A DNA stretch of 53,221 bases from positions 1-53,221 of the IMG/VR virus record IMGVR_UViG_3300011422_000008; one strand, given 5' to 3'. This DNA is from a virus (lineage: Duplodnaviria > Caudoviricetes). The first letter of the stretch is position 1. Each line of letters opens with the position of its first letter. The translations under genes were made by a program, and so were the position numbers. The notes beneath the pieces are model-generated. The model saw only the letters and a list, made by a program, of their open reading frames with translations, had not been told where the DNA came from and did not search any database. Of the stretch, positions 31,854 through 42,152 are shown piece by piece.

Positions 31854-33685
31854 AACGCAAATATGGAGCTGAATGGCCGGATGAGGCGGATGATCTTCAG
31901 ATAGAGCTTGGCTGTATTTCCATGGGCGGGCAGTGGGAGAGCCCGGATGGCTTTGTCCTGGGCGCCGGCCTGTACGAGCACTATTGCAGGGCATGGGTCC
32001 TGATGTGGCCGGAGGATGATGAGCACCGATGGTCTAAGCTTTCCCTCCGTCGTTTCTGCGAGAACGAAATCAACGTCCTGATGGGCCCAGGGGATTCGAA
32101 CAAAACCTATGTGATGAGCAAATTTGTGCTCACGCATTGGTGGGCCGATCCGCTCAAGCGGCTTTGGCTTTGCTCGAGCACCGATCGCCGCGGGGCCGAG
32201 CTCCGGATCTGGGGCAAAATCAAAGAATTCTTCAACCGGGCCCGCGCGCGGTATCCATATCTCCAGGGCCGCGTACTCGAGAGCAAGGGGTGTATCACCC
32301 CGGATGAGATTTCGGAGGACCAGTCGGAGGCGCGGCTCCTCACTCGCGGCATCATATTCATTCCCTGCAAGCAAGGAAACACTTGGCTAGGCCTGGGGCC
32401 CTATGCCGGCATCAAGCCTCCCGCGGATGGCTTCCTGGGGCATGCCGGGGATGAGGTCTCGCTCATGGCGCCTTCGTTCCTGGACGCGTACGCCAACTGG
32501 TACGGAAAAGCCAACTTCAAGGGCCTGTTGACGGGAAATCCCGGTGACCTGGAGGATCCGCTCTGCACGGCAGCGGAGCCGATCGACGGTTGGGAGACCT
32601 GGACCGATGATGAGAAAACCCAGGAGTGGAAGAGCAAGTTCTACAATGCTCACGTCATCGCCTTCGATGGCCGGGACACTCCCAACAACGATTTTCCGTA
32701 CGTTGGGGACAAGCCGCGTTACCCCTATCTCATCGGGAAGAAAAAACTGGAGAGTGTCGAGAAGCAGTACGGGCAGAACGATTGGCATTGGTGGAATCAA
32801 TGCGTAGGGAAGCCGCAAACTAGCGTGCAGTCCCGGAGGGTCATCACGCGGCAAATCGTGAATTCCAACGGGGCTCAGGATGGAGTGATTTGGGGTTCGG
32901 TCGACAAGATCACGAAGATTGTATCTCTGGACGCGGCTTATGGTGGAGTCGGCGGCGATCGTTGCATCCTCCGGATGAATGAGTTTGGCCAGGACGTTGA
33001 GGGGAATGAAATTTTCGCGGCGAGTCCGCCGGTACCGGTACCAGTCAGCATCCGGCATCCGGAGCCTCCGGAGAACCAGATCGCGAGCTTCTGTAAATCG
33101 TTTTGTGAGATAAGCGCGGTTCCTCCGGAGCAATTCTTCTTCGATGGTCGAGGCACTCTGGCGGTGACTCTGGCCCAGGTTTGGAGCCCGCTCGTAAACG
33201 TGGTCGACTTCGGCGGTCCGCCGACTACCCGGCCTGTCAGCAATGACGAATTTGTCTGGGACGGGGACAACAAGGGCAAGCGGCTCAAGCGCTGTGACGA
33301 AGAGTACTTCAATTTCGTGACCGAGCTATGGTTTGCCGTCTATTATCTGATCGTCTGCAAACAGATGCGCCGGCTGGACCGCGAGACAGCCAGGGAAGGT
33401 TACCAGCGCACCTGGAGCTATGGCTCCGCGGCCATGCGCCGAAGCCGGAAACAGGTTGAGCCAAAGAGCGACATGAAGGAGCGCACGAAGCAGAGCCCGG
33501 ACTTATTCGATTGCCTCGTGATCGGAGTCGAGGGCGCTCGCCGGCTTGGATTTCAAATCGCGATGCTGAAGGGATTTCTTCAGCCGAATGCTTCGACGGT
33601 CGATAAGTGGTTGGAAAACGAGCTTGCCAAACAGAAGCGGTTCCTTCAACGCTCTGAGCTTAATTATGCGGCTACTCCTCACTGA
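31850..33685 (+). CDS. terL: Terminase large subunit
   Basis: Walker A-like GPGDSNKT, Walker B AGDE, TGNP coupling motif, RNase H-fold LDAAYGG.GGD and SPDLFD. Confidence 0.85.
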   Translation: MKRKYGAEWPDEADDLQIELGCISMGGQWESPDGFVLGAGLYEHYCRAWVLMWPEDDEHRWSKLSLRRFCENEINVLMGPGDSNKTYVMSKFVLTHWWADPLKRLWLCSSTDRRGAELRIWGKIKEFFNRARARYPYLQGRVLESKGCITPDEISEDQSEARLLTRGIIFIPCKQGNTWLGLGPYAGIKPPADGFLGHAGDEVSLMAPSFLDAYANWYGKANFKGLLTGNPGDLEDPLCTAAEPIDGWETWTDDEKTQEWKSKFYNAHVIAFDGRDTPNNDFPYVGDKPRYPYLIGKKKLESVEKQYGQNDWHWWNQCVGKPQTSVQSRRVITRQIVNSNGAQDGVIWGSVDKITKIVSLDAAYGGVGGDRCILRMNEFGQDVEGNEIFAASPPVPVPVSIRHPEPPENQIASFCKSFCEISAVPPEQFFFDGRGTLAVTLAQVWSPLVNVVDFGGPPTTRPVSNDEFVWDGDNKGKRLKRCDEEYFNFVTELWFAVYYLIVCKQMRRLDRETAREGYQRTWSYGSAAMRRSRKQVEPKSDMKERTKQSPDLFDCLVIGVEGARRLGFQIAMLKGFLQPNASTVDKWLENELAKQKRFLQRSELNYAATPH

Positions 33686-34193
33686 ACGACATCCCGGCAG
33701 AGGCAAAGGCATAGGCTGTGGATTCAAGCGCGGGGTGCCTTTGCCGATGTTTGAGCGCAAGCAACGGTTCTGGTCCTTCGTTAAGATCCGATCTTCGGAT
33801 GAGTGTTGGCCATGGAAGGGGCTAATCGATAAAGAAACTGGTTATGGTCGATTTGCCTGGGATCGACGAGTAAATTCCGCTCATCGCTTTGCTTGGATTT
33901 CTGTGAATGGTCCGATTCCTCCTGGCTATCAGGTATGCCATCACTGCGACAATCGGATTTGCCAAAATCCATCGCATCTTTTTTTGGGAACAAACGCTGA
34001 CAATGTGCGTGACATGGTTCGGAAAGGAAGAAATTCAGTTCCTCCAGTTCGGGCAAAGCAGACACCAAATCGCGTGCTTCAAATCAGGGCGCTACGGATT
34101 CGCGGTAGAAAACTCAGAGAGATTGCTGAGCATTTCTCTTGTTCAATGAAAATGGTAGAAGCAGCACTTTACAAATGGAGATCGATTCTATGA
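33666..34193 (+). CDS. Free-standing HNH homing endonuclease
   Basis: CWPWKG..GYG..AHRFAW..VCHHCDN..CQNPSHLFLGT..DN..DM; more AT-rich than flanks. Confidence 0.9.
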   Translation: MRLLLTERHPGRGKGIGCGFKRGVPLPMFERKQRFWSFVKIRSSDECWPWKGLIDKETGYGRFAWDRRVNSAHRFAWISVNGPIPPGYQVCHHCDNRICQNPSHLFLGTNADNVRDMVRKGRNSVPPVRAKQTPNRVLQIRALRIRGRKLREIAEHFSCSMKMVEAALYKWRSIL

Positions 34194-34882
34194 ATGCATC
34201 AGATTTTAACCGGCACGCATTCCCCGCGGGAGGGTGGCAGTTTATCCAGCAACAGACCGGCTGGCGGGCGCCGAGCCCGGTATCCAGCACATTCGACCAG
34301 ACTTGCCTCCTCATCCGATCGCATCGGAGCGCGAACCCTGCAATCGTGGCCAAGCACAAACTTTCGCTCAACATTGCCGACATCGGGAACGAGCTCGAGG
34401 CTTACAACCGAAAGAGGCTCAACATTCCAGCCGCTCCTTCGCTCCCAAAATCTCAGCTCCTATCAAGCTCGCCAAGCTTGGTAGGAGCTGCTGCGGTGGG
34501 TGACCGCAATTCAGTGGCGTTCGGAATCAAGCGCTCCGCTCAGGGCTCAGCGGTCGTCTATGACTGGCTCTCCAGCGGAGGTATTCCTGTTGCCCAGGAG
34601 CTCGCCAATAAGCGGGCGGAAATCTGCGTGAAGTGTCCGCAAAACATTCCTGGGAGCTGGTACACCGTCGCGCCTGGGGAAGTGATTCGCGAAATCCTTT
34701 CCATGCGCTCTGACCTGAAGCTGGCGACTCCCTTCGATGACCGGCTGAAGTCTTGCAACGTGTGCAAGTGCCTGAATCGGCTCAAGGTCTGGTGTCCGAT
34801 GGAGCATATCCAGTCTCACACCAAGGTTGAGATAATGGCCGAGTTTCCCTCTCACTGCTGGATTGCCCGGAAAGACTCTTGA
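34190..34882 (+). CDS. Cys-rich hypothetical protein
   Basis: RAEICVKC...SCNVCKC..KVWC..CW. Confidence 0.65.
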   Translation: MNASDFNRHAFPAGGWQFIQQQTGWRAPSPVSSTFDQTCLLIRSHRSANPAIVAKHKLSLNIADIGNELEAYNRKRLNIPAAPSLPKSQLLSSSPSLVGAAAVGDRNSVAFGIKRSAQGSAVVYDWLSSGGIPVAQELANKRAEICVKCPQNIPGSWYTVAPGEVIREILSMRSDLKLATPFDDRLKSCNVCKCLNRLKVWCPMEHIQSHTKVEIMAEFPSHCWIARKDS

Positions 34883-35595
34883 GGATTGTCCTGGCCTATA
34901 TCTGTGTATCTCGAGCTGAGCGCTCAGCCGATTTAGCCGCTCGCTTCGTTTCGAGCTATCTCGAATTCCCTCCTGGCGTCAATCATGAGTCCCTGGTCAT
35001 CTGTAATGGTGGGGTTCCTCCGACTGCGCTTGGCCTGATCTTCTCTTCGCTGCCATGGCCGCGGCTCTGGCCGCGCCAGAATGATTCCGGTTGGGATGTC
35101 TCCGGATTCATGCACGCCGCCCAGACAATTTGCTCTTCCTATGACCTGATGCTCTGCCTGGGCGAGAGCGTTTATTTTCACCGGGCCGGATGGCTCAAAC
35201 GGTTGGTGGAAGCCTGGGAAGAGTCCGGTCCGGGAATGTACGGACCTTTCGGGAGCTTCTGCCGGCGAGCGCACCTTCAAACAACGGCCTTCTGTGTGGC
35301 GCCGGAAATGTTCAACTGGTATCGGGAGCCGGTCCGCGGTAAGAAAGCGCGGTACGACTTCGAGCACGGAGAGAACGCTTTCTGGAGGATGATTCAGGGC
35401 CGCGGCAAACCGGTAAGAATGGTGACCTGGGACGGAGTTTGGAAGCCGCGCGAATGGAGGTTCCCGGAAAACATCCTCTGGAGAGGGGATCAGAGCAATT
35501 GCCTTCTTCGGTCGAATCACACTGACAACTGGGATCAGGCTCAGCAAGCCCGCAAGACTCGCTGGTCGACTTGCGCCGATTCAGCCTTCAAATGA
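34879..35595 (+). CDS. Putative glycosyltransferase (RgpF/rhamnan-synthesis-like)
   Basis: NDSGWD..F, GPGMYG, HLQTTAF and FEHG; paralog of the next gene. Confidence 0.6.
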   Translation: MRIVLAYICVSRAERSADLAARFVSSYLEFPPGVNHESLVICNGGVPPTALGLIFSSLPWPRLWPRQNDSGWDVSGFMHAAQTICSSYDLMLCLGESVYFHRAGWLKRLVEAWEESGPGMYGPFGSFCRRAHLQTTAFCVAPEMFNWYREPVRGKKARYDFEHGENAFWRMIQGRGKPVRMVTWDGVWKPREWRFPENILWRGDQSNCLLRSNHTDNWDQAQQARKTRWSTCADSAFK

Positions 35596-36281
35596 CCACT
35601 CCGACTATAGTTTATATCTACCCGTCGACCGCGGGGCCTCAGCATACCGCCCTTGCGCTCCGCTTCATTGAAACTTACAACGTCTATCCTCCTGGAATCG
35701 ACCATCGAACGATCGTCGTTCTGAACGGAGGCAAGCCCACAACGGAGATTAAGCTCATGTTCGCTTCGGTCCGGAACGTGACCTTGCTCGAGCATGATGA
35801 TTCCGGTTGGGACATTGGAGGGTACCAGCTCGCTTCGCTCAGGTTCCCGGCTGAGATGATGGTTTTCTTTGGAGGTTCAACCCATTTCCTACGCCAGGGC
35901 TGGCTTCTCCGGATGGCAAGCGTGTTCAATCAGTATGGGCCTGGGCTTTACGGAGCAACGGCGAACCGCGGGGATCCCGGGGTCCGGGTCGAGCCGCACA
36001 TCCGGACAACCGCCTTTTGGGTTCCGTCCAAATTCATGAATGAATACCCGATGAGGGTCATCAGGAACGATCAGCGTTATCCGTTCGAGCACGGCAAGGG
36101 CTGCTTCACGAGCTGGATCATAAAGAAAGGCCTGAAGCCTTGGCTGGTGACCTGGAGGGGCGTCTATGCATGGGCTGACTGGGATGTTGGTCAGGATGGC
36201 TTCTACGGAGTCCACCGGATCAATCGGATCTGTCCGAATGTTGCGAATCTTCTCGTAGGGGATCGGTTGACTGGAACATGA
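35592..36281 (+). CDS. Putative glycosyltransferase (RgpF-like), paralog
   Basis: DDSGWD..Y, GPGLYG, HIRTTAF and FEHG. Confidence 0.6.
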   Translation: MTTPTIVYIYPSTAGPQHTALALRFIETYNVYPPGIDHRTIVVLNGGKPTTEIKLMFASVRNVTLLEHDDSGWDIGGYQLASLRFPAEMMVFFGGSTHFLRQGWLLRMASVFNQYGPGLYGATANRGDPGVRVEPHIRTTAFWVPSKFMNEYPMRVIRNDQRYPFEHGKGCFTSWIIKKGLKPWLVTWRGVYAWADWDVGQDGFYGVHRINRICPNVANLLVGDRLTGT

Positions 36282-36955
36282 AAATTGCAATTTTCTATCA
36301 CTGCCTTTTCTACCTGGGCACTCCTCCAGAGCTGCTCGATCACGGCTGCGAAATCGTCCACATGCAGATGACGCGGATGAAGAGAACCGGGCTGATCGAT
36401 GCCGCCTCAGAAATCATCATCGGGATCAATGGCGGCGAGGAGAGCGCTCCGATCGGAAATCTGTTCCTGCCAAACAAAGCGACAAAGCTTTACCATGGCT
36501 TGAAAACCCGCAATGAGTGCAGGACCATTGTAGCTATGGAGGATTGGGTTAAAACGCACCCAGAATGGTACGTCCTGTATCTGCACGCGAAGGGTTCGAC
36601 TCACAAAAAGAATGCTCCGTATCAGGGCACGGTGATCCCCTGGCGCGAGGGGATGATGCATGCCGTCGTCGACAACTGGAGGCAATGCGTTGCCGACCTG
36701 GATGCCGGTTTCGAATCAGTAGGGCGTCAATGGATGTCTGGCCCGGGGATGCCCGGGAACCAATCTATTTGGGCTGGAAATTTCTGGTGGGCCAAAGCCT
36801 CTTTCCTTGCAACATTGCCCTCGATCATGCAAACAGACCGCGTGAAGCTCTCCGGAATCGATTCGGTTGAAAGCCGCTATGAGGCTGAAGTCTGGATCGG
36901 GAACGGGCCGCGGCTTCCCAAAGTGCGTGATTATATCGTGAATCCAATCAGATGA
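36278..36955 (+). CDS. Putative glycosyltransferase (YxHxKG / GNFWWA family)
   Basis: IFYHC, LYLHAKG, WAGNFWWA and RYEAEVWIG. Confidence 0.55.
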   Translation: MKIAIFYHCLFYLGTPPELLDHGCEIVHMQMTRMKRTGLIDAASEIIIGINGGEESAPIGNLFLPNKATKLYHGLKTRNECRTIVAMEDWVKTHPEWYVLYLHAKGSTHKKNAPYQGTVIPWREGMMHAVVDNWRQCVADLDAGFESVGRQWMSGPGMPGNQSIWAGNFWWAKASFLATLPSIMQTDRVKLSGIDSVESRYEAEVWIGNGPRLPKVRDYIVNPIR

Positions 36956-37656
36956 AGAAAATCATCGTTTTTTATCACTGTGCTTTCTGGTTTCCGACTG
37001 AAATCCATGGAGCTCCCCCTGGCCTTCGACCTACTGCCGTCGAGATCATCACAAACCAAATGGCCCATTTGGCAGGCTATGGATTGTACGAAGCCGCCTC
37101 CGAAATAATTGTTGGGGTGAATGGCGGTGAGGAGTGCCGGCAGGTGGCTTCTCAAATCCTCCCGCAAAAGGCGACAGTAAAGTTTCATGGGCTGGAATCG
37201 AAATCTGAGACTCCTACAGTCGTTCTCCTAGAGCGGCGAGTCCGCCAGGAACCCGATGCTTACTTCTTCTATTTTCACAGCAAAGGGGTAACTCACACAG
37301 ACCCCGTGTACGTCGAGTTTGTCAGTCGATGGAGAGGTTGCATGATGCTGAACCTTGTTGATTACTGGCAGAAGTGCGTAGCCGCTTTGGATGAAGGTTA
37401 CGATTCTGCCGGTTGTCACTGGATGACGAACATGCCTCCTCCCTCAGACATGGATTCAATTTGGGGAGGGAATTTTTGGTGGGCTACAGGAAAATTCCTC
37501 AGCACACTCCCGCCGATCATGGAACGGCCCCTGATCAAAGAGCATGGGGTCATGGCTCCGATCGCTAGGTATGAATCTGAACGGTGGATGGGAACCGGGC
37601 CGAGGTTGCCAAAGGTGATGGATTATCACATTAACGGAATAGGCTCTTGCCAATGA
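36952..37656 (+). CDS. Putative glycosyltransferase (YxHxKG / GNFWWA family), paralog
   Basis: VFYHC, YFHSKG, WGGNFWWA and RYESERWMG. Confidence 0.55.
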   Translation: MKKIIVFYHCAFWFPTEIHGAPPGLRPTAVEIITNQMAHLAGYGLYEAASEIIVGVNGGEECRQVASQILPQKATVKFHGLESKSETPTVVLLERRVRQEPDAYFFYFHSKGVTHTDPVYVEFVSRWRGCMMLNLVDYWQKCVAALDEGYDSAGCHWMTNMPPPSDMDSIWGGNFWWATGKFLSTLPPIMERPLIKEHGVMAPIARYESERWMGTGPRLPKVMDYHINGIGSCQ

Positions 37657-38252
37657 AAACACTGGACGAAATCGCAATTAAATTCGGGACCGACAAGGCT
37701 ACTCAGCACATCGGAGGCTCTCACGGTTACTGCCCGCATTACGATCGGATCTTCACCCCCATCCGCGAGAGTGAAATCAAACTGGTTGAAATCGGAGTCG
37801 GCGGGGGAGAGTCCATTCAGACTTGGATTGAGTATTTCAGTTCAGGGCACATTTACGGCATCGACATCACTCGAAACACTAATCCCTGGAACACTGCGGG
37901 CGCTCCAACTCATCCTCGCTACACCTTCACCCATGGGGATCAAGGGGACGCTACGTGGTGGCCGCACTTTTTTGCAAACTGCGGGGAAGGTTGGGACGTC
38001 GTGATCGATGACGGTAGCCACTACGCGAAGGACGTTATCGCCAGTTGGGGAGCAATGTGGCCTAAAGTTCGATCTGGAGGGTTTTACTGTATTGAGGATC
38101 TGGCCGTTGCCTATGGTGGCCATCCCTTCACGGCTCCCGGGGTCCAGAATCACATGGACTTCATCCGAGATCGGCTGGATGACATCAACCGCTCTGCCGG
38201 GATCCGATCGCTGGTGTTTACAAAGGAGCTGGCCATTTTCCAGAAGGAGTAG
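37653..38252 (+). CDS. Class I SAM-dependent O-methyltransferase (MycE-like)
   Basis: GTDK..HGY..HY, VEIGVGGG, YGIDI, VIDDGSH and YCIED. Confidence 0.85.
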   Translation: MKTLDEIAIKFGTDKATQHIGGSHGYCPHYDRIFTPIRESEIKLVEIGVGGGESIQTWIEYFSSGHIYGIDITRNTNPWNTAGAPTHPRYTFTHGDQGDATWWPHFFANCGEGWDVVIDDGSHYAKDVIASWGAMWPKVRSGGFYCIEDLAVAYGGHPFTAPGVQNHMDFIRDRLDDINRSAGIRSLVFTKELAIFQKE

Positions 38253-38280
38253 AGACTCAGGATTAAGAGAAAGGCATATC

Positions 38281-40602
38281 TTGAAATTCGATTCAGCCGC
38301 CAAAGTGCAGGAAGTCTGTTGGAGGATGCGGGAAATTGAGCTGGAACGCTCCACCAACAGGATGATTTTGCAGAAGCAGTTCAATGGAGATCCCCCCTTC
38401 GATGAAGCAACCGCGGAAGAAAATGGCGTCACGATTAATCGTAACTTTCTCAAAGGAGTGCAGGTTTTGGCCGATGCTCGCCGGCAGTGGAACCAAGCCT
38501 TCCTCTCCACACCGCACTATTACGCACTCAAAACCGATTCCGGGCCGGTCCACAAAAGGGAAGCCTGGGGGAGCACAGTCACAACCCAGGTGAGTAAGCT
38601 CCTCAAGCGGTCGCGGGGGATGATTGAACAGAGCCGCGCGACGGGCGCCAACGTCATCCTCCATGGAATCGCTCCGGTTACCTGGAAAGACCGGAAAGCT
38701 CCACTCCCGGTTGTCCTGCCCGTCGATTCCGTTTACATCCCGACTCAGACGGAAATCGATTTCGAGAATCTGCCCTATTTCGCGCTTTATCGGGAGCTCA
38801 CCCCGTTCCAGCTCTCCTCGTTGGTCGAAAAGGAGAAAAACCCTGGCTGGAATAAGAAGCTTGCGAAGCTGCTCATCAAGCGAAAGCTCGCCGAGGATAG
38901 TAAGGACGCTTCAGCCTACACGGAAATCAGTGCGGAGCGGGTCGAAGAAATCATCAAGCAGGATGGCGGCTATTGGGACTCGGACGCGGTTCCGACCATT
39001 GACTGCCTCGATTTCTACTTCCGCGAAGGGGAGGACGGGGAAGGCTGGTACCGGCGGATAGTTCTGGACTGGGATTCTGAGACCATTGCCGGAGGGGATC
39101 GGCCTGAACGCTCCTGGGGTAAAGAGGATTCCGAAACGGATCCGGACAAGAATTTCCTCTATAGCTCCGGGAGCCGGCCATACTGCGATTTTCTGAGCGA
39201 AGTGCTCCACGTCCAGTTTGGCGATTGCTCCGCTTACGCTCCGTTCAAATATCATTCGGTCCGCTCCCTCGGTTGGCTGCTCTGGGGAGTCTGTGACCTC
39301 ATGAACCGGATGGAATGCCGTTTCTTCGAGGCCGTCTTTGAAAATCTCATGTGGTTTTTTCGCGCCTCCGGAGAGAACGACATGAACCGGCTGAAGAAAG
39401 CTGTCTTTCAGCACATGGGCGTGATTCCAAACGGGGTGAATTTCATCCCTGCCCAGGATCGGTTCGTGCCCAATGCTCCGCTAATCGATCAGGCTCGAGG
39501 CTCTCTCCGATCGCAGATTGCCGAGACAGCCGCAAGCTACACGCATGATTTCGACAAGGGCGAGACCTCCCGGGAGCTGACCGCAACGGAGACCATGGCC
39601 CGGGTAAACTCAATCAATGCCCTCCTGGCCGGGATGATGACCCTGGCTTACAACTACGAGGAGTTTAAGTACTCCGAAATCACTCGCCGCATTATGGATG
39701 AGGATCATCCGCAATCCGTCAAAATCCGTGAAGCGTGCATGAGGGAAGGGGTCCCCGAAAACAGGCTGAAATCCGAATACTGGCAGTCGGTCGCTGAACG
39801 GGTCATTGGCGCCGGCAACAAAACGGTCGAAATGGCCGCAGTGTCATTCCTTCAGAGCATCCGCGCGAACCTGCCTCCTCAGAGTCAGCGCAAGGTCGAC
39901 CATATTTCGATCCGCGCGGTGACAGACCAACCTGACCTCGCCGATGATCTCGCGCCATTGGAAGAGGAGAAGGCGAGCCAGTCCACCCAGGATGCCGAAC
40001 GCGCAACAAGCCGCCTCCTGATGGGTTTACAGCTCACTCCTACGCCGGCCATGGTTCCGGAAGATTACGTGGTTGTCTGGCTCAAGGACCTCGCTCAGAC
40101 CGTTGAGAAAGCTGTGGCTACGGGCATGGCTTCGATCGTGGAAATCGGCGGGATGAAGAACCTTGCTTCTCATATCGGCGCATTCCTCGAGCAAATGGGC
40201 CAGAACCCAACTGAGAAGCCCAAGGTGACTCAGTACCTGTCTGCCCTTGGTCAAATCATGAATCACGTTAAGGCTCTCGAGAAGCAGGCAATGGAACAAG
40301 CCCAGGCCGCGAGTGCTGGAGGCAACGGCGAAGCTGCCGCGGAAGTGCAGAAGCTCCAGGCCCAGGCCGCGGCGGATGCTCAGAAGCAGGAAGCCGCCAA
40401 ACAGAGCCACGCGCAAAAGACCGCGCAACGTCAAGTCCAGTTCGAGATGGAACAGAACCGGAAGGATCAGGAAAACCAAGCCGCGATCCAGCGCCAGAAC
40501 GAACAGGCCGCGGCCAACATCGCCGCGCAGCAAGTTGAGACTGCCGCGAAAGCAGCAGCCCAGGCAAGAGAACAGCAAAACCAACCCCAAAAAGAAGAGT
40601 GA
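38281..40602 (+). CDS. Portal protein
   Basis: ~773 aa after terminase; ELTATE motif; Q-rich coiled-coil C-terminus (P22-like barrel); TTG start after AAAGG. Confidence 0.75.
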   Translation: MKFDSAAKVQEVCWRMREIELERSTNRMILQKQFNGDPPFDEATAEENGVTINRNFLKGVQVLADARRQWNQAFLSTPHYYALKTDSGPVHKREAWGSTVTTQVSKLLKRSRGMIEQSRATGANVILHGIAPVTWKDRKAPLPVVLPVDSVYIPTQTEIDFENLPYFALYRELTPFQLSSLVEKEKNPGWNKKLAKLLIKRKLAEDSKDASAYTEISAERVEEIIKQDGGYWDSDAVPTIDCLDFYFREGEDGEGWYRRIVLDWDSETIAGGDRPERSWGKEDSETDPDKNFLYSSGSRPYCDFLSEVLHVQFGDCSAYAPFKYHSVRSLGWLLWGVCDLMNRMECRFFEAVFENLMWFFRASGENDMNRLKKAVFQHMGVIPNGVNFIPAQDRFVPNAPLIDQARGSLRSQIAETAASYTHDFDKGETSRELTATETMARVNSINALLAGMMTLAYNYEEFKYSEITRRIMDEDHPQSVKIREACMREGVPENRLKSEYWQSVAERVIGAGNKTVEMAAVSFLQSIRANLPPQSQRKVDHISIRAVTDQPDLADDLAPLEEEKASQSTQDAERATSRLLMGLQLTPTPAMVPEDYVVVWLKDLAQTVEKAVATGMASIVEIGGMKNLASHIGAFLEQMGQNPTEKPKVTQYLSALGQIMNHVKALEKQAMEQAQAASAGGNGEAAAEVQKLQAQAAADAQKQEAAKQSHAQKTAQRQVQFEMEQNRKDQENQAAIQRQNEQAAANIAAQQVETAAKAAAQAREQQNQPQKEE

Positions 40603-40868
40603 ATGCAAAAGAAGCGTTTCTCAAGGGCCCGCACCGGGCCCCATTCGAACAGCTCGTACTGAACGAGCATTTCCAGCCGGCCATGGAGGCAGCGCTCCTG
40701 GCCTTAGTTCAAGAGCAAAATCCCAATGCGGGAGTGAATGACTCCTGGGATGCTCACTCGCAGCTTGTCGGCGCCAGGAGGTTCATCGAGATCCTCGAAG
40801 CGCTGCACAAGCCTGAAACGGTTACGAAAATCCCAAGATTCCCAAACCTCAAAACCCCAAGTCTGTAA
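40599..40868 (+). CDS. Small head-module protein
   Basis: Typical portal-adjacent ORF; GTGA-coupled. Confidence 0.6.
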   Translation: MNAKEAFLKGPHRAPFEQLVLNEHFQPAMEAALLALVQEQNPNAGVNDSWDAHSQLVGARRFIEILEALHKPETVTKIPRFPNLKTPSL

Positions 40869-40871
40869 AAT

Positions 40872-42152
40872 ATGGCACGAGCAGCAGCAGCTCCTCCAGT
40901 ACCGGCAGCAACGCCTCCCGCGCCAGCGCCGGCCAAAATAGCAGCTCCACCTAAACCCGTTGACACACCCATCGATGAATCACTCTACAGTGCGGAAATT
41001 GACGCCTTGGATAGTGGCTCGCCGCCTCCGAAGCCTTCTCCTCAGCCCGGGAAGTCTGGCAAGGTCGAACTTGAACCGGATCCAGAACTTGATCCGACTC
41101 CTCCGGAAGAGGGCGGTGAAGGTGGGGAAAAAGGTACGAATGAGGAAATCGACGACCTCGACGAAATCCCGACTGAAGAGCCGCCCAAGGCCGGCAAGGC
41201 GCCGGAAGGCGAAAAGGTTCCTACGCGCGCGCGGGATCTCAAAGTCGTTTACGAGCAGGTCAAAGCCGAAAAGAAAACGCTCGAAACCAAGCTCACGGAA
41301 GTAACCGCTGAGGTTGAGCGGCTCCGTAAAGGAAATCCCGAGGAGGTTAAGGTTCTCACCAAGCGGCTCGAGGAAGCAGAAGCCAGCCGCAAGGCCGTGG
41401 AATCGGAGCTTCGTTACGTGAACTATCAGAAGCATCCCGAGTTTGTCGAAAAGTACCAGAAGCCCTATATCGAAGCCTGGAATAGCGCCTTAGCCGACAT
41501 TGCCGAGCTCACCATCCAGGAGGAAGGCCAGCAAGAGCGGCCAGCGACGGAAAAGGATCTTCTGGTCCTGGCGAACATGCCTTACGGCCAAGCAGCCATT
41601 AAGGCGGAACAGCTCTTTGGCCCGGTTGCGGCCACTCAGATGATGGCTCATCGGAAGAACATCATCGAATTGAGCCGCGCGCAGAGCAAAGCTCTGGAGG
41701 AAAGCAAAAAGAGCGCTGAGGAGCACGATAAGCTCCGGCAGGTGGAAGAGCGGCAGACTAACGAGCGGCTCTCGAAAATGTGGAATGACGAAAAGGCCAG
41801 CTACGAAACTCGGTTCCCGAAGTGGTCCAAGCCCGTTGAGGGTGACGAAGAGGGAAACAAAGTTTTCGAGCGGGGAATGGAGGACGTCGATCGTTTCTTC
41901 AAGGATACCGAGATGACTCCGGAAGAGCGGATCAAGCTCCACGTGAAGATCCGGGCCAAGGCCGCGAACCATGACCGGCTCGCGCTCCGGCTCAAACGCC
42001 TGACCGCCAAATTGGCTGAGGTTAAGAAATCCCTCGAAGAGTACGAGGGAGCCGAGCCACCGGGCGGACGCACACGGCGGGCCGGGGGTAAACCTTCTGG
42101 CGACGTATTCGAAACTGCAGCCGCGGAAATTGAGGCTCTGGACGAACGATGA
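40872..42152 (+). CDS. Capsid scaffolding protein
   Basis: Acidic Pro-rich N-terminus plus long coiled coil, upstream of capsid. Confidence 0.7.
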   Translation: MARAAAAPPVPAATPPAPAPAKIAAPPKPVDTPIDESLYSAEIDALDSGSPPPKPSPQPGKSGKVELEPDPELDPTPPEEGGEGGEKGTNEEIDDLDEIPTEEPPKAGKAPEGEKVPTRARDLKVVYEQVKAEKKTLETKLTEVTAEVERLRKGNPEEVKVLTKRLEEAEASRKAVESELRYVNYQKHPEFVEKYQKPYIEAWNSALADIAELTIQEEGQQERPATEKDLLVLANMPYGQAAIKAEQLFGPVAATQMMAHRKNIIELSRAQSKALEESKKSAEEHDKLRQVEERQTNERLSKMWNDEKASYETRFPKWSKPVEGDEEGNKVFERGMEDVDRFFKDTEMTPEERIKLHVKIRAKAANHDRLALRLKRLTAKLAEVKKSLEEYEGAEPPGGRTRRAGGKPSGDVFETAAAEIEALDER

